A model generated the notes under the pieces. The model searched no databases. It saw nothing but the letters and a program-made list of their open reading frames with translations, and had not been told where the DNA came from. The position numbers were made by a program, and so were the translations under genes. Source: Candidatus Fimenecus sp. (GTDB taxonomy: Bacteria; Bacillota; Clostridia; Oscillospirales; Acutalibacteraceae). Taken from it: DNA of 64,000 bases. Below are positions 36,241-44,678 of this stretch, piece after piece. The stretch covers positions 31,760-95,759 of the forward strand of contig JAZLBL010000048.1 in NCBI GenBank assembly GCA_045613685.1. The letters are read 5' to 3'. Position 1 is the stretch's first letter. Each line of letters starts with the position of its first letter.

Positions 36241-37527
36241 ATGTTGTTTAAGAAAAAACTTTTTCCAACAAAAGTTGATTATTACAAAATACCCCTTATT
36301 AATTTAAGCGTTAAACCTGAAAATACCCCAGATTATCTGGGGTATTTGTTTGAGTATTCCATTGTTGACGATAATTCTGCATATTTGGGACATCCAGATT
36401 CTGTACTTCTTAACAATGATGATATTTTAACTTTTTATCCAAAGGGACACGGCAAGGGTGCAATTTTGTCAAAAATCAGCGATGATGGTGGTATAACATA
36501 TAGAAAAAACATCGAAAATCAACCTGCTTCTTGGGAAGATTCTCTTGAAACACCAACAGTTTATCGTTTGCAGTTTAGAAATAGCGAAGAAAAACTGATT
36601 TTAATTTCTGCAAACTCAAAATGGCCAGGAATGTCAACTCCCGGTGGATTTAACAGTTCAATTTCTCTTGATGAAGGTAAAACTTGGACGGAATTCAAAA
36701 GATTTTGGGATAACGATAGTGAAATGCCAATTATCCCCATTGTTGCAATGGCATCACTTACTCGCCTTAAAGAGAATGGTGAATTTGTTGATAAGTGGAT
36801 GGGACTTTTCCATGACCACAAATTCATAAATTACAAAACTATACTTACATTCGACGATAATGGTAATTATAATTGGTCGAAACCTGAGCCATATTTATCA
36901 GAATATCGTGATATTGAAACTTATGCAGGTATCTGCGAAGTAGAATGTATCCGTTCAGAACTTGGCAAAGGTGATGAACTTTGTTTAATCACTCGTTGCA
37001 ATAAGAAAACTTGCACAAGTCTTCTTATTTTTTCAAAAGATGAGGGCAAAACTTGGTCAAAACCTATTGAAGCACCGGTTTCGCTTAATGGTGAGCGCCA
37101 CAAAGCAGAATATACTGATGACGGACGTCTTTTCATAACATTCCGTTCCATTGAGCGTGACCATAAGCGTGTTAAAAAAATGCGAAAACTCGGTGGAGAA
37201 AAGAAATGGTATTCTGAAGGTTGTGTTGCTTGGGTTGGCACTTATGATGACCTTAAAAACGGCACAGAAGGTCAATATAGAATTAAGATTGCGCACACAT
37301 ATCTTGACCATCAGAATGAGCCGTCAATAGTTGCAAATGCAGATACAGGTTATTGTGGCAATGTGGTGCTTAAAGATGGCACAATTGTTACATCATCTTA
37401 TGGCATCTTTTCGGTTGAAGAAAAAGAAAGTGGAAAATATGATACAGATAAAGGTAAACAGAAGAGAAAGACTTTTATCGTATCAAAACGAATTAAACTT
37501 TCAGATGTTGAAAAACTTATAAAATGA
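36241..37527 (+). CDS. BNR/Asp-box repeat (sialidase-fold) protein, no signal peptide
   Basis: Asp-boxes SDDGGITY, SLDEGKTWTE and SKDEGKTWSKP. The alternative start at 36226 overlaps the ROK stop. Confidence 0.7.
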   Translation: MLFKKKLFPTKVDYYKIPLINLSVKPENTPDYLGYLFEYSIVDDNSAYLGHPDSVLLNNDDILTFYPKGHGKGAILSKISDDGGITYRKNIENQPASWEDSLETPTVYRLQFRNSEEKLILISANSKWPGMSTPGGFNSSISLDEGKTWTEFKRFWDNDSEMPIIPIVAMASLTRLKENGEFVDKWMGLFHDHKFINYKTILTFDDNGNYNWSKPEPYLSEYRDIETYAGICEVECIRSELGKGDELCLITRCNKKTCTSLLIFSKDEGKTWSKPIEAPVSLNGERHKAEYTDDGRLFITFRSIERDHKRVKKMRKLGGEKKWYSEGCVAWVGTYDDLKNGTEGQYRIKIAHTYLDHQNEPSIVANADTGYCGNVVLKDGTIVTSSYGIFSVEEKESGKYDTDKGKQKRKTFIVSKRIKLSDVEKLIK

Positions 37528-37529
37528 GA

Positions 37530-37563
37530 AAACTGTCGGTTTAATTTGACCGACAGTTTTTTG
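37530..37563 (+). terminator. Intrinsic terminator after the BNR gene
   Basis: AAACTGTCGGT-N8-ACCGACAGTTT followed by TTTG. Confidence 0.8.
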
Positions 37564-37578
37564 TTTGCAAATTAGTGT

Positions 37579-37607
37579 TTGATTAAACACACTATATATG
37601 GTATAAT
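37579..37607 (+). promoter_or_regulatory. Candidate extended -10 promoter for the DUF1538/PII-like operon
   Basis: TTGATT (37579-37584), 17 nt, TGgTATAAT (37599-37607). An imperfect inverted repeat TAGTGT...ACACTA overlaps the -35. Confidence 0.5.
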
Positions 37608-37641
37608 TTTAATGTTAAGATTTTTATAGGAGTATTGTTAA

Positions 37642-39162
37642 ATGGCGCACATTTTCGCATCAATCAAAGAGTCGCTTGTTTCGGTTTTACCCATAGCGAT
37701 TATAGTTCTCATTCTTTCTGTCACCTGTGTATCTCTTGCAGCGGGTGTTTTAGTGTTGTTTTTATTTGGAACAATTATGTTGATTCTTGGAATGAGTTTC
37801 TTTACAGTTGGTTCAGGTATGTCAATGGAACCATTGGGTGATGGTATTGGTAAGTCGCTTAATAAAAGGACAAAAATTATTATTCCACTTGCTATATGCT
37901 TTGTGCTCGGTTTTCTTATTACTGTTTCAGAACCTGATTTGCAGGTGCTTGCAGAACAGGTACCAACTATTCCTAATTCAATATTAATTAATTGTGTTGG
38001 CGTTGGTGTTGGTATCTTTCTTAGTATTACACTCATAAGAAATAGAAAAGATATTCCATTGAGAAAACTTCTCTGGATATTTTATATTTTGATTATTGGT
38101 TTGTCGTTCTTTGCTCCCGATGAATTTATTCCAACTGCTTTTGATTCAGGTGGAGTTACAACAGGACCAATTACTGTTCCGTTTATAATGGCTCTTGGTG
38201 CAGGTCTTGCTTCAAGCAAAAAAGGTAAACTTACAGGTGAACACAGTTTCGGCCTTGTTGCATTATGTAGTATAGGACCTATTTTGTCAGTTCTCTTGTT
38301 GAGTATATTCTACAAGCCAAAAGCGACTACAACCATTTATGAAATTGCAGATGTCTTAACAACAACTGATGCATTCAAGCAGTTTACACACGCTTTGCCA
38401 ATATATGCAAAAGAAGTTGCTATGGCGTTTATTCCATTGGTTTTGCTTTTTGTTATCTTTCAGTTAATTACAAGAAGATATACTATCCATAACATTTTCA
38501 GAATGTCTGTTGGATTTATTTATACATATATCGGTCTTGTGCTTTTCTTAACTGGTGCAAATGTTGGATTTATGCCTGCGGGGCGTCTTATAGGGGCAAA
38601 GATTGCCGAAAGTGAGTTCAGTTTCTTGCTTGTTCCCATTGGTATGCTTATGGGTTACTTTGTTGTATCAGCAGAGCCCGCAGTTCATTCTCTTAAAAGA
38701 CAGGTCAGTGAAATCACAAAAGGTGCAATATCACAAAAATCTGTTGCACTTGCTCTTTCAATAGGTGTTGCTATTTCTGTTGGAATCTCAATGTTGAGAG
38801 TGCTTACAGGCATACCAATAATTCCATTTTTGATTGTTGGATATGCAATTTCACTTATCATCAGTTTCTTTGTGCCACATATCTATACAGGTATCGCATT
38901 TGACTCGGGTGGAGTTGCAAGTGGTCCGATGACATCGACTTTTATGCTTCCGTTTGCAATGGGTGCTTGTGAAGCAATCGGTGGCAATGTGATGACTGAC
39001 GCATTTGGCATTGTCGCTTTAATCGCAATGGCACCACTTATCACTATTCAAATTCTTGGACTATATGAAAGAAGCAAACGTGCAAGAAAGATTAAACGAC
39101 TTCATATTGAAATCAGTATGATTAAAGACGATATCATATTCTTTAATGAGGGGGACAAGTAA
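37642..39162 (+). CDS. DUF1538-type polytopic membrane protein with internal duplication
   Basis: 506 aa with at least 10 TM segments. Duplicated motif: FDSGGVTTGPITVPFIMALGAGLA and FDSGGVASGPMTSTFMLPFAMGACEA. Confidence 0.7.
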   Translation: MAHIFASIKESLVSVLPIAIIVLILSVTCVSLAAGVLVLFLFGTIMLILGMSFFTVGSGMSMEPLGDGIGKSLNKRTKIIIPLAICFVLGFLITVSEPDLQVLAEQVPTIPNSILINCVGVGVGIFLSITLIRNRKDIPLRKLLWIFYILIIGLSFFAPDEFIPTAFDSGGVTTGPITVPFIMALGAGLASSKKGKLTGEHSFGLVALCSIGPILSVLLLSIFYKPKATTTIYEIADVLTTTDAFKQFTHALPIYAKEVAMAFIPLVLLFVIFQLITRRYTIHNIFRMSVGFIYTYIGLVLFLTGANVGFMPAGRLIGAKIAESEFSFLLVPIGMLMGYFVVSAEPAVHSLKRQVSEITKGAISQKSVALALSIGVAISVGISMLRVLTGIPIIPFLIVGYAISLIISFFVPHIYTGIAFDSGGVASGPMTSTFMLPFAMGACEAIGGNVMTDAFGIVALIAMAPLITIQILGLYERSKRARKIKRLHIEISMIKDDIIFFNEGDK

Positions 39163-39831
39163 ATGAGCAAAAAAGTCATGGCGCTTTTATCAATCGTTGA
39201 GCGTGATAAAGGTAATAAACTTGTTAAAGAATTAAAGAAAAAAGATATCCGTGTGAATTTTCAGACTATCGGATTTGGCACAGCACCAACTGAAATGATG
39301 GACATTTTCGGACTTGGTACAAATGATAAAGATATTGTTATAAGCCTTGGCGCAGAAAACAGTGTTAAAGATTTGATGATGAATTTTGGAACAACTTTTG
39401 AAAGCCATTCAAAATTTGGTGGACTTATGATAGTTCTTGATTTATCTGCTGCTAGCAGAATTTTGACAGAAATATTGCATTTTGAGATTATTAAAAATAC
39501 AGAAGAAAGAACTGATAATATGAAAAATGAACATCATAATAATTTAATTGTTATATCAATAAATGAAGGATATTCCGACGATGTAATGCAGGTGGCAAGA
39601 AAAGCGGGTGCAACTGGTGGTACAGTTATTAAAGGAAGATTAGCAGATATAGAACAATTTGCAGAACTTCCTAGTACAAATGTTGACGAAGAACGTGAAA
39701 TTCTTTGTATTCTTGCTCCACTTAAAGCAAGCGCACAGATTATGGAAGATGTTAACAAGGAGTTCGGCTTAACATCTCCTGCAAACGGAATGGTTTTTGC
39801 AATTCCAACAGAAAAAGCATATAAAATATAA
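39163..39831 (+). CDS. Tandem PII-like (GlnB-fold) domain protein
   Basis: Two ~100-aa halves each start with a beta-alpha-beta pattern (ALLSIVERDKGNKLVKELKKKDIRVNF and LIVISINEGYSDDVMQVARKAGATGGTVIKGR). ATG directly abuts the upstream stop. Confidence 0.6.
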   Translation: MSKKVMALLSIVERDKGNKLVKELKKKDIRVNFQTIGFGTAPTEMMDIFGLGTNDKDIVISLGAENSVKDLMMNFGTTFESHSKFGGLMIVLDLSAASRILTEILHFEIIKNTEERTDNMKNEHHNNLIVISINEGYSDDVMQVARKAGATGGTVIKGRLADIEQFAELPSTNVDEEREILCILAPLKASAQIMEDVNKEFGLTSPANGMVFAIPTEKAYKI

Positions 39832-39833
39832 AG

Positions 39834-40214
39834 CTAAAAAATATTACTGATTAATGGCTTTTCGTTGCGCATTAAATGGCTTAATTCGTCAATGGCTAAA
39901 TCAGCTTGTTGTTCAAGTCTCTCCAAATTGCCTTGTTTGGCATATACGGGGAGACTTTTTATTAATTCTTCAAGATTGTCAGTTTCTTCGTGACGGATAA
40001 AGCTTTCAATAATATCGTGAACTTCTTCCCAGACTTTTATAGTTTCTTGGGATTTTTTTATGGCATTTTCTATATCGTCCTGTTGCGCAACATTACATAT
40101 TTCGGTTAGATGGGTTTCAAGTTCCTTGCAAACACTATCCACCCAAAAATATCCCACGAAAGCAAGTGCAAATGCCACAATAAGAGCACCAATGGCAAGA
40201 ACTATTCTTTTCAT
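39834..40214 (-). CDS. DUF4363-like small membrane-anchored protein
   Basis: 126 aa with an N-terminal TM (IVLAIGALIVAFALAFVGYF) and a helical remainder. Overlaps the upstream DUF421 gene by 4 nt. Confidence 0.5.
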   Translation of the reverse strand: MKRIVLAIGALIVAFALAFVGYFWVDSVCKELETHLTEICNVAQQDDIENAIKKSQETIKVWEEVHDIIESFIRHEETDNLEELIKSLPVYAKQGNLERLEQQADLAIDELSHLMRNEKPLISNIF

Positions 40215-40885
40215 ATTTCTTCCTTCTTTATAATTGTGTGATTGCCGGCAGCATCAACCGTCATAAGCAAAATATCCTTGATTTGAAGTTTCTTCTTTCT
40301 CGCAATTTTTTCGACTTTATTTGTTGTCATATTGCAGATTTTAAAATCCCCCGAAACAATTTTTCCATCAATAATAACAGGGCATTTGTATCCTTGCGGT
40401 TCCATTTTTAATTCAAGGTCATTTCTTGTTACTGTGTCGTGTTCGGGTTTTAAAAGCACACTTAGTTGTCCATTAGTTTCGACTATTGCATATTGCACTT
40501 GTGAAATATCAAAAACGTCTTTTTGACGAAGTGATTCAAGCAAATCGTCAAGAGTAAAACGAAGGTCTTTTAATAGTTTCTGATTAAGATTTCCATCGTT
40601 GATAATTACAACTGGATTCCCTTGCATAAACGAACGGAATTTAATACTTTTCATATTGAAAACAGATGTCAGAATTTCAAATCCAACCAGCAATAAAATA
40701 GGTATAATTGTGTTTACCAAAGGTATATCTGTATCCTGAATAGGAATTGAAATAATTTGTGAAATGAGAAGCGTTATAACTAAATCTGATGGTTGCAATT
40801 CACCGATTTGCCTTTTACCCATGACACGAATACTTAAAATTGCAAAAATATAGAGAATAACTGTTCTAATTAACGTAACAAACAT
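40211..40885 (-). CDS. DUF421 (YetF/YdfS-like) membrane protein
   Basis: MGKRQIGELQPSDLVITLLIS motif and C-terminal soluble domain. 224 aa. Confidence 0.75.
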   Translation of the reverse strand: MFVTLIRTVILYIFAILSIRVMGKRQIGELQPSDLVITLLISQIISIPIQDTDIPLVNTIIPILLLVGFEILTSVFNMKSIKFRSFMQGNPVVIINDGNLNQKLLKDLRFTLDDLLESLRQKDVFDISQVQYAIVETNGQLSVLLKPEHDTVTRNDLELKMEPQGYKCPVIIDGKIVSGDFKICNMTTNKVEKIARKKKLQIKDILLMTVDAAGNHTIIKKEEI

Positions 40886-40943
40886 AAAATCACCATTTTT
40901 ATCTTTACCGCAAATAGAAGTAATATTCTGTAAACAATGGTAA

Positions 40944-42473
40944 ATGATAAGAATGGTGATTTTTATGAGTGAAAATTGGTTTTCAAAAAAAGTTGACGAA
41001 ATAACTATAAGTGAAAAGAGCGAAACGCCCCAAAAGAAAAATATAGATAAAGATTTGCAAAAAAATATAGCATATATAAAACAACAATTTGGTGATGCTT
41101 TCGATGTAAAATATCGAAAATATAACGCACAGGGCAGAGAAATAATTTTTATTATGGTTGACGGAATGTGCGATAGTCTGCTTGCAACTGAACAAGTGAT
41201 TTTGCCTATAATCGAAGCTGATTTTGAAGAAGAAAAAGGGGATAAACTAATCTATTCTGCGGCGGACCAAGTTTCTGCAAGTATTGATAAATCGATTACA
41301 AATGACCTTGACGAAGCAATTCGTGAAGCGATTTATGGCAGTATAATAATGCTCGCAGAAAATGCACAGTTTGCCGTAATGTTTGGTGTGCAGGGATTTC
41401 CAAAACGAGCGGTGCTTGAACCATCAATCGAAATGCAAGAACGTGGCTCACGAGAAGCATTTGTTGAAAGCTTTAAAGATAATGTGACAATGATTCGTCG
41501 TCGTGTGCGAAACCCTGTTTTCAAAACCCAGATTGTTGAAGTGGGTGGTACCACAAAAACTCGTGCTTGCGTTTGCTATATGTCAGATAGAGTTGACAAA
41601 AAAATGCTTGATGACGTAGTTGATAGATTAAAAAGTTGTAAGATTGACACTGTGTTGGGCTCAGGTTATCTTCAAACATTTTTAGATGGCAAACATCCGT
41701 CGATTTTCAGCGGGGTAGGTTTTACAGAAAGACCTGATGTACTGACTGCAAAAATCAGTGAAGGCAAAATTTGTGTTATTGTTGATGGCACACCTAATGC
41801 GCTTATCGTGCCATATCTTTTTATTGAGCATTTTCACTCTCTTGACGATTATCTCAAAAGACCATATTACGCAACATTTATCCGAATTTTAAAAATTGCA
41901 TCTTTTTTAGTGAGTGTGTTTTTGCCAGGACTCTATGTGGCTATCTGCACATTTCATCAGGAAATCATACCTGAAACAATGATTTTCGGAATAACAGGAC
42001 AAGAAAGCCGAACACCATTGCCCATAATGTTTGAAGCATTTTTTATTCATTTGGTTTATGAGATAGTCCGTGAAGCAGGACTTCGAATGCCAAAATCTGT
42101 GGGACACGCCATTTCAATCGTTGGGGCATTGGTTATAGGTGATTCTGCAGTTACTGCGGGAATAATCTCTGCACCAATGCTCATTATTGTTGGTCTTACA
42201 GCGGTCAGTTCATTTGTGGTTTCAACCCTTTATGAGTCTGTTGCTGTTATGCGATTTGCATTTATTATTATTGGTGGTCTTGGTGGTCTTTATGGAATTA
42301 TGATGGGATTTGCTGCGGTGCTTGTCAATGCTGCTGCAATTAATCCTTATGGCGTGCCTTTCACTTCACCTTTGTCACCAACCAAAATTGGTGCTTGGCG
42401 TGACCTTGTTGTGCGACAAGATTGGAGAAAAATGGGCAAGAAGAAAATGCTTATTCAGAATTTGGAGAAATAA
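40944..42473 (+). CDS. Spore germinant receptor A subunit (GerAA family)
   Basis: GFPKRAVLEPSIEMQERGSREAFVE...IRRRV block plus a C-terminal TM bundle. The start may be ATG 40965. Confidence 0.85.
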   Translation: MIRMVIFMSENWFSKKVDEITISEKSETPQKKNIDKDLQKNIAYIKQQFGDAFDVKYRKYNAQGREIIFIMVDGMCDSLLATEQVILPIIEADFEEEKGDKLIYSAADQVSASIDKSITNDLDEAIREAIYGSIIMLAENAQFAVMFGVQGFPKRAVLEPSIEMQERGSREAFVESFKDNVTMIRRRVRNPVFKTQIVEVGGTTKTRACVCYMSDRVDKKMLDDVVDRLKSCKIDTVLGSGYLQTFLDGKHPSIFSGVGFTERPDVLTAKISEGKICVIVDGTPNALIVPYLFIEHFHSLDDYLKRPYYATFIRILKIASFLVSVFLPGLYVAICTFHQEIIPETMIFGITGQESRTPLPIMFEAFFIHLVYEIVREAGLRMPKSVGHAISIVGALVIGDSAVTAGIISAPMLIIVGLTAVSSFVVSTLYESVAVMRFAFIIIGGLGGLYGIMMGFAAVLVNAAAINPYGVPFTSPLSPTKIGAWRDLVVRQDWRKMGKKKMLIQNLEK

Positions 42474-42474
42474 T

Positions 42475-43545
42475 ATGCAGACAAAAGAAAAAATCAGCGC
42501 ATTTCAATTTTTTACAATGCTGTTTATAAGTCGTGCTTTGACAACAGTCACATATCTGTCGTCATACACAAAGGACGTGCGACTTTCAGATATGCTTGTG
42601 CAACCAATTTTCAGAATAGCATTGGGTATTATCATAATGTTGCCATTATATTTCATTTGCAAAAAGCATAATACAACTGACCTTTTAAGCCTTGCAAATT
42701 CAAAAATAATTTCATTTTGTTATGTGTTTGTGTTTTTCTATTTTACTGTTGTTACAATAGCAAGACTTGATGTGTTTGCGGGGACAGTTGTATTCCCTGA
42801 AACTGATGTGAATTTCTTGTTGGTTTTTGCGATTTTAATTTGCTCTTATGGTGCTTATCTTGGATTTGAAGCCTTAGGACGAAGTGCGGTGCTTTCAGCG
42901 GTGTTAGTAGTCCCTGCACTTATTTTTATTATGGCTACGCTTGTTAAAAAGGTTGATTTATTAAATCTTACTCCCGTGTTTTATAACGGAGTGACACCAG
43001 TTATTAAAACTGCTGTGGATTCTGTGGGACAAACTGTTGAATATGCAGTAATTGCAATATGTTTGCCCAAAGTTTCGGGTAATGTGAAAAAAGGTTTTTT
43101 CTGGTGGCTTTTTTTACAAACACTTTTAATGGCAACAATGTTTTTCTTTGCAACAACAGTTATGGGCAATTTCACTGGTACACAACTTTTTCCATTTCAC
43201 ACTCTTGCAAGCCTTGCCGAATTCTCTATGTTTGACCGTCTTGATGCGATATTTACAAGTGTGTGGATTCTCTGTGCGTTTATCAAAGCAGGACTTCTTA
43301 TATATCTTCAAAGCGACATTTTGCACAAAGCGTTTAAAAAGATACAAAGAAAAAATTTTATTGTTGTAATCTGCGCAATAACCATAATAACAAACCTGTT
43401 GATAGCAAGTGAATTCAAACGTTTTTCTTTTGTGGATAACTCAATATTCAAAATTATTATTACAGGGGTAACTGCTTTTGCAATTCCGTTAGGTATTATG
43501 TTTATAAAAAGAAAGGAGAAAAGAGAGTGCAAAAATCAATTCTGA
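42475..43545 (+). CDS. Spore germinant receptor B subunit (GerAB family, APC-like permease)
   Basis: ATG 42475 after TTGGAGAAA. ISAFQFFTMLFISRAL N-terminus and about 10 TM segments. Confidence 0.8.
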   Translation: MQTKEKISAFQFFTMLFISRALTTVTYLSSYTKDVRLSDMLVQPIFRIALGIIIMLPLYFICKKHNTTDLLSLANSKIISFCYVFVFFYFTVVTIARLDVFAGTVVFPETDVNFLLVFAILICSYGAYLGFEALGRSAVLSAVLVVPALIFIMATLVKKVDLLNLTPVFYNGVTPVIKTAVDSVGQTVEYAVIAICLPKVSGNVKKGFFWWLFLQTLLMATMFFFATTVMGNFTGTQLFPFHTLASLAEFSMFDRLDAIFTSVWILCAFIKAGLLIYLQSDILHKAFKKIQRKNFIVVICAITIITNLLIASEFKRFSFVDNSIFKIIITGVTAFAIPLGIMFIKRKEKRECKNQF

Positions 43546-44678
43546 TTTTTTCAGTTATCATAGTTGCAATTTTTTCTTTCAATGAAAAAGAAATTTATAA
43601 AAAAGATATAAGAAACCGACTTGTAATTCAGGGAATTGGCATAGACATTGAAAAAGACAGTTCATATACTGTTACATTGCAGACGATAGATACCAATGCT
43701 CATTCTGCTGCATCAGAAGATGGTGCATCTCAACCACCTATAAAAACTTATAAAATGACGGGGGATACAATCTATACAACTATAAAAAGTGTTACTGAAA
43801 TTGAAGGCAAAATCCCTTTATATTCGCAAAATAGAATTATTATTCTCGGCAAAAGCATAACTGAAGATAAAATGGATGATGTGATAGATTTTTTTGTACG
43901 AGATGTTGAAAATAGTGCGTCGGTTTATATCGCAGCGGCAAAAGACAGAGCATCAGATATTCTTGAAACTAAAAATGGCGAAGAATATGTGAGTGCAAGA
44001 AGTATTGAAATAGGGATTAGTGCAAATGAATATGATGCTCGAATTTTTGGTATAGAGCTTTATGAATTGATAAACCGCTACAATTCAGGCTCAAAAGATT
44101 TTGCAATGCCACTTTTAGATGTGACAGAAAAAGAAGGGGAAAAAAGCGTTGAGATAATTGGCACAGCAATTTTTAATAACACTCGTTATCGTGAATATAT
44201 GTCAAAAAAAGAAACTGTTTATCTGAATTTCTTATCTGATAAAGTTTATAACACAGCGATTTCATTGGATAGAGATAATGGTGAAAAATTATCACTCAAT
44301 GTAGTTGATTCAAAAACTTATCGCACCTTTAAAATAAAAAACGGGAAGCCTATATTTAAAATAAAAGTAAAAATCAGTGCGGATATTGCTGAAATCAGTG
44401 GTGGCGTTTCAAAGAAAATGACAAAACAGGATATTGAAGAGATAAAAATTTCAGCCGAGAAATATGTCGAAAAAGCAATCACACAGACAAGAAAAAGATT
44501 ATATGAAGAATATGAGAGTGATGCTTGTGGTTTAGCCAGACTTTTATATATTTTCAAACCGTCATTTTATAGAGAAAATGAAAAAAATATCGACTCCGTA
44601 ATGCTAAATAGCATTTTCGAAGTCGATGTGGATTTAAAGATTCGTCGAATAGGACACGAGTTTATTGAAATGGTTTAG
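43527..44678 (+). CDS. Spore germinant receptor C subunit (Ger(x)C family), no lipobox cysteine
   Basis: LVIQGIGIDIEKD and the C-terminal pattern are typical of GerAC. GTG start overlaps the gerAB end. Confidence 0.8.
   Translation: MQKSILIFSVIIVAIFSFNEKEIYKKDIRNRLVIQGIGIDIEKDSSYTVTLQTIDTNAHSAASEDGASQPPIKTYKMTGDTIYTTIKSVTEIEGKIPLYSQNRIIILGKSITEDKMDDVIDFFVRDVENSASVYIAAAKDRASDILETKNGEEYVSARSIEIGISANEYDARIFGIELYELINRYNSGSKDFAMPLLDVTEKEGEKSVEIIGTAIFNNTRYREYMSKKETVYLNFLSDKVYNTAISLDRDNGEKLSLNVVDSKTYRTFKIKNGKPIFKIKVKISADIAEISGGVSKKMTKQDIEEIKISAEKYVEKAITQTRKRLYEEYESDACGLARLLYIFKPSFYRENEKNIDSVMLNSIFEVDVDLKIRRIGHEFIEMV

Noticed and set aside
42310-42474. 55-codon upstream extension of gerAB overlapping gerAA
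   Set aside because: ATG 42475 follows the gerAA stop by 1 nt with a GGAG RBS, and family homology starts there.
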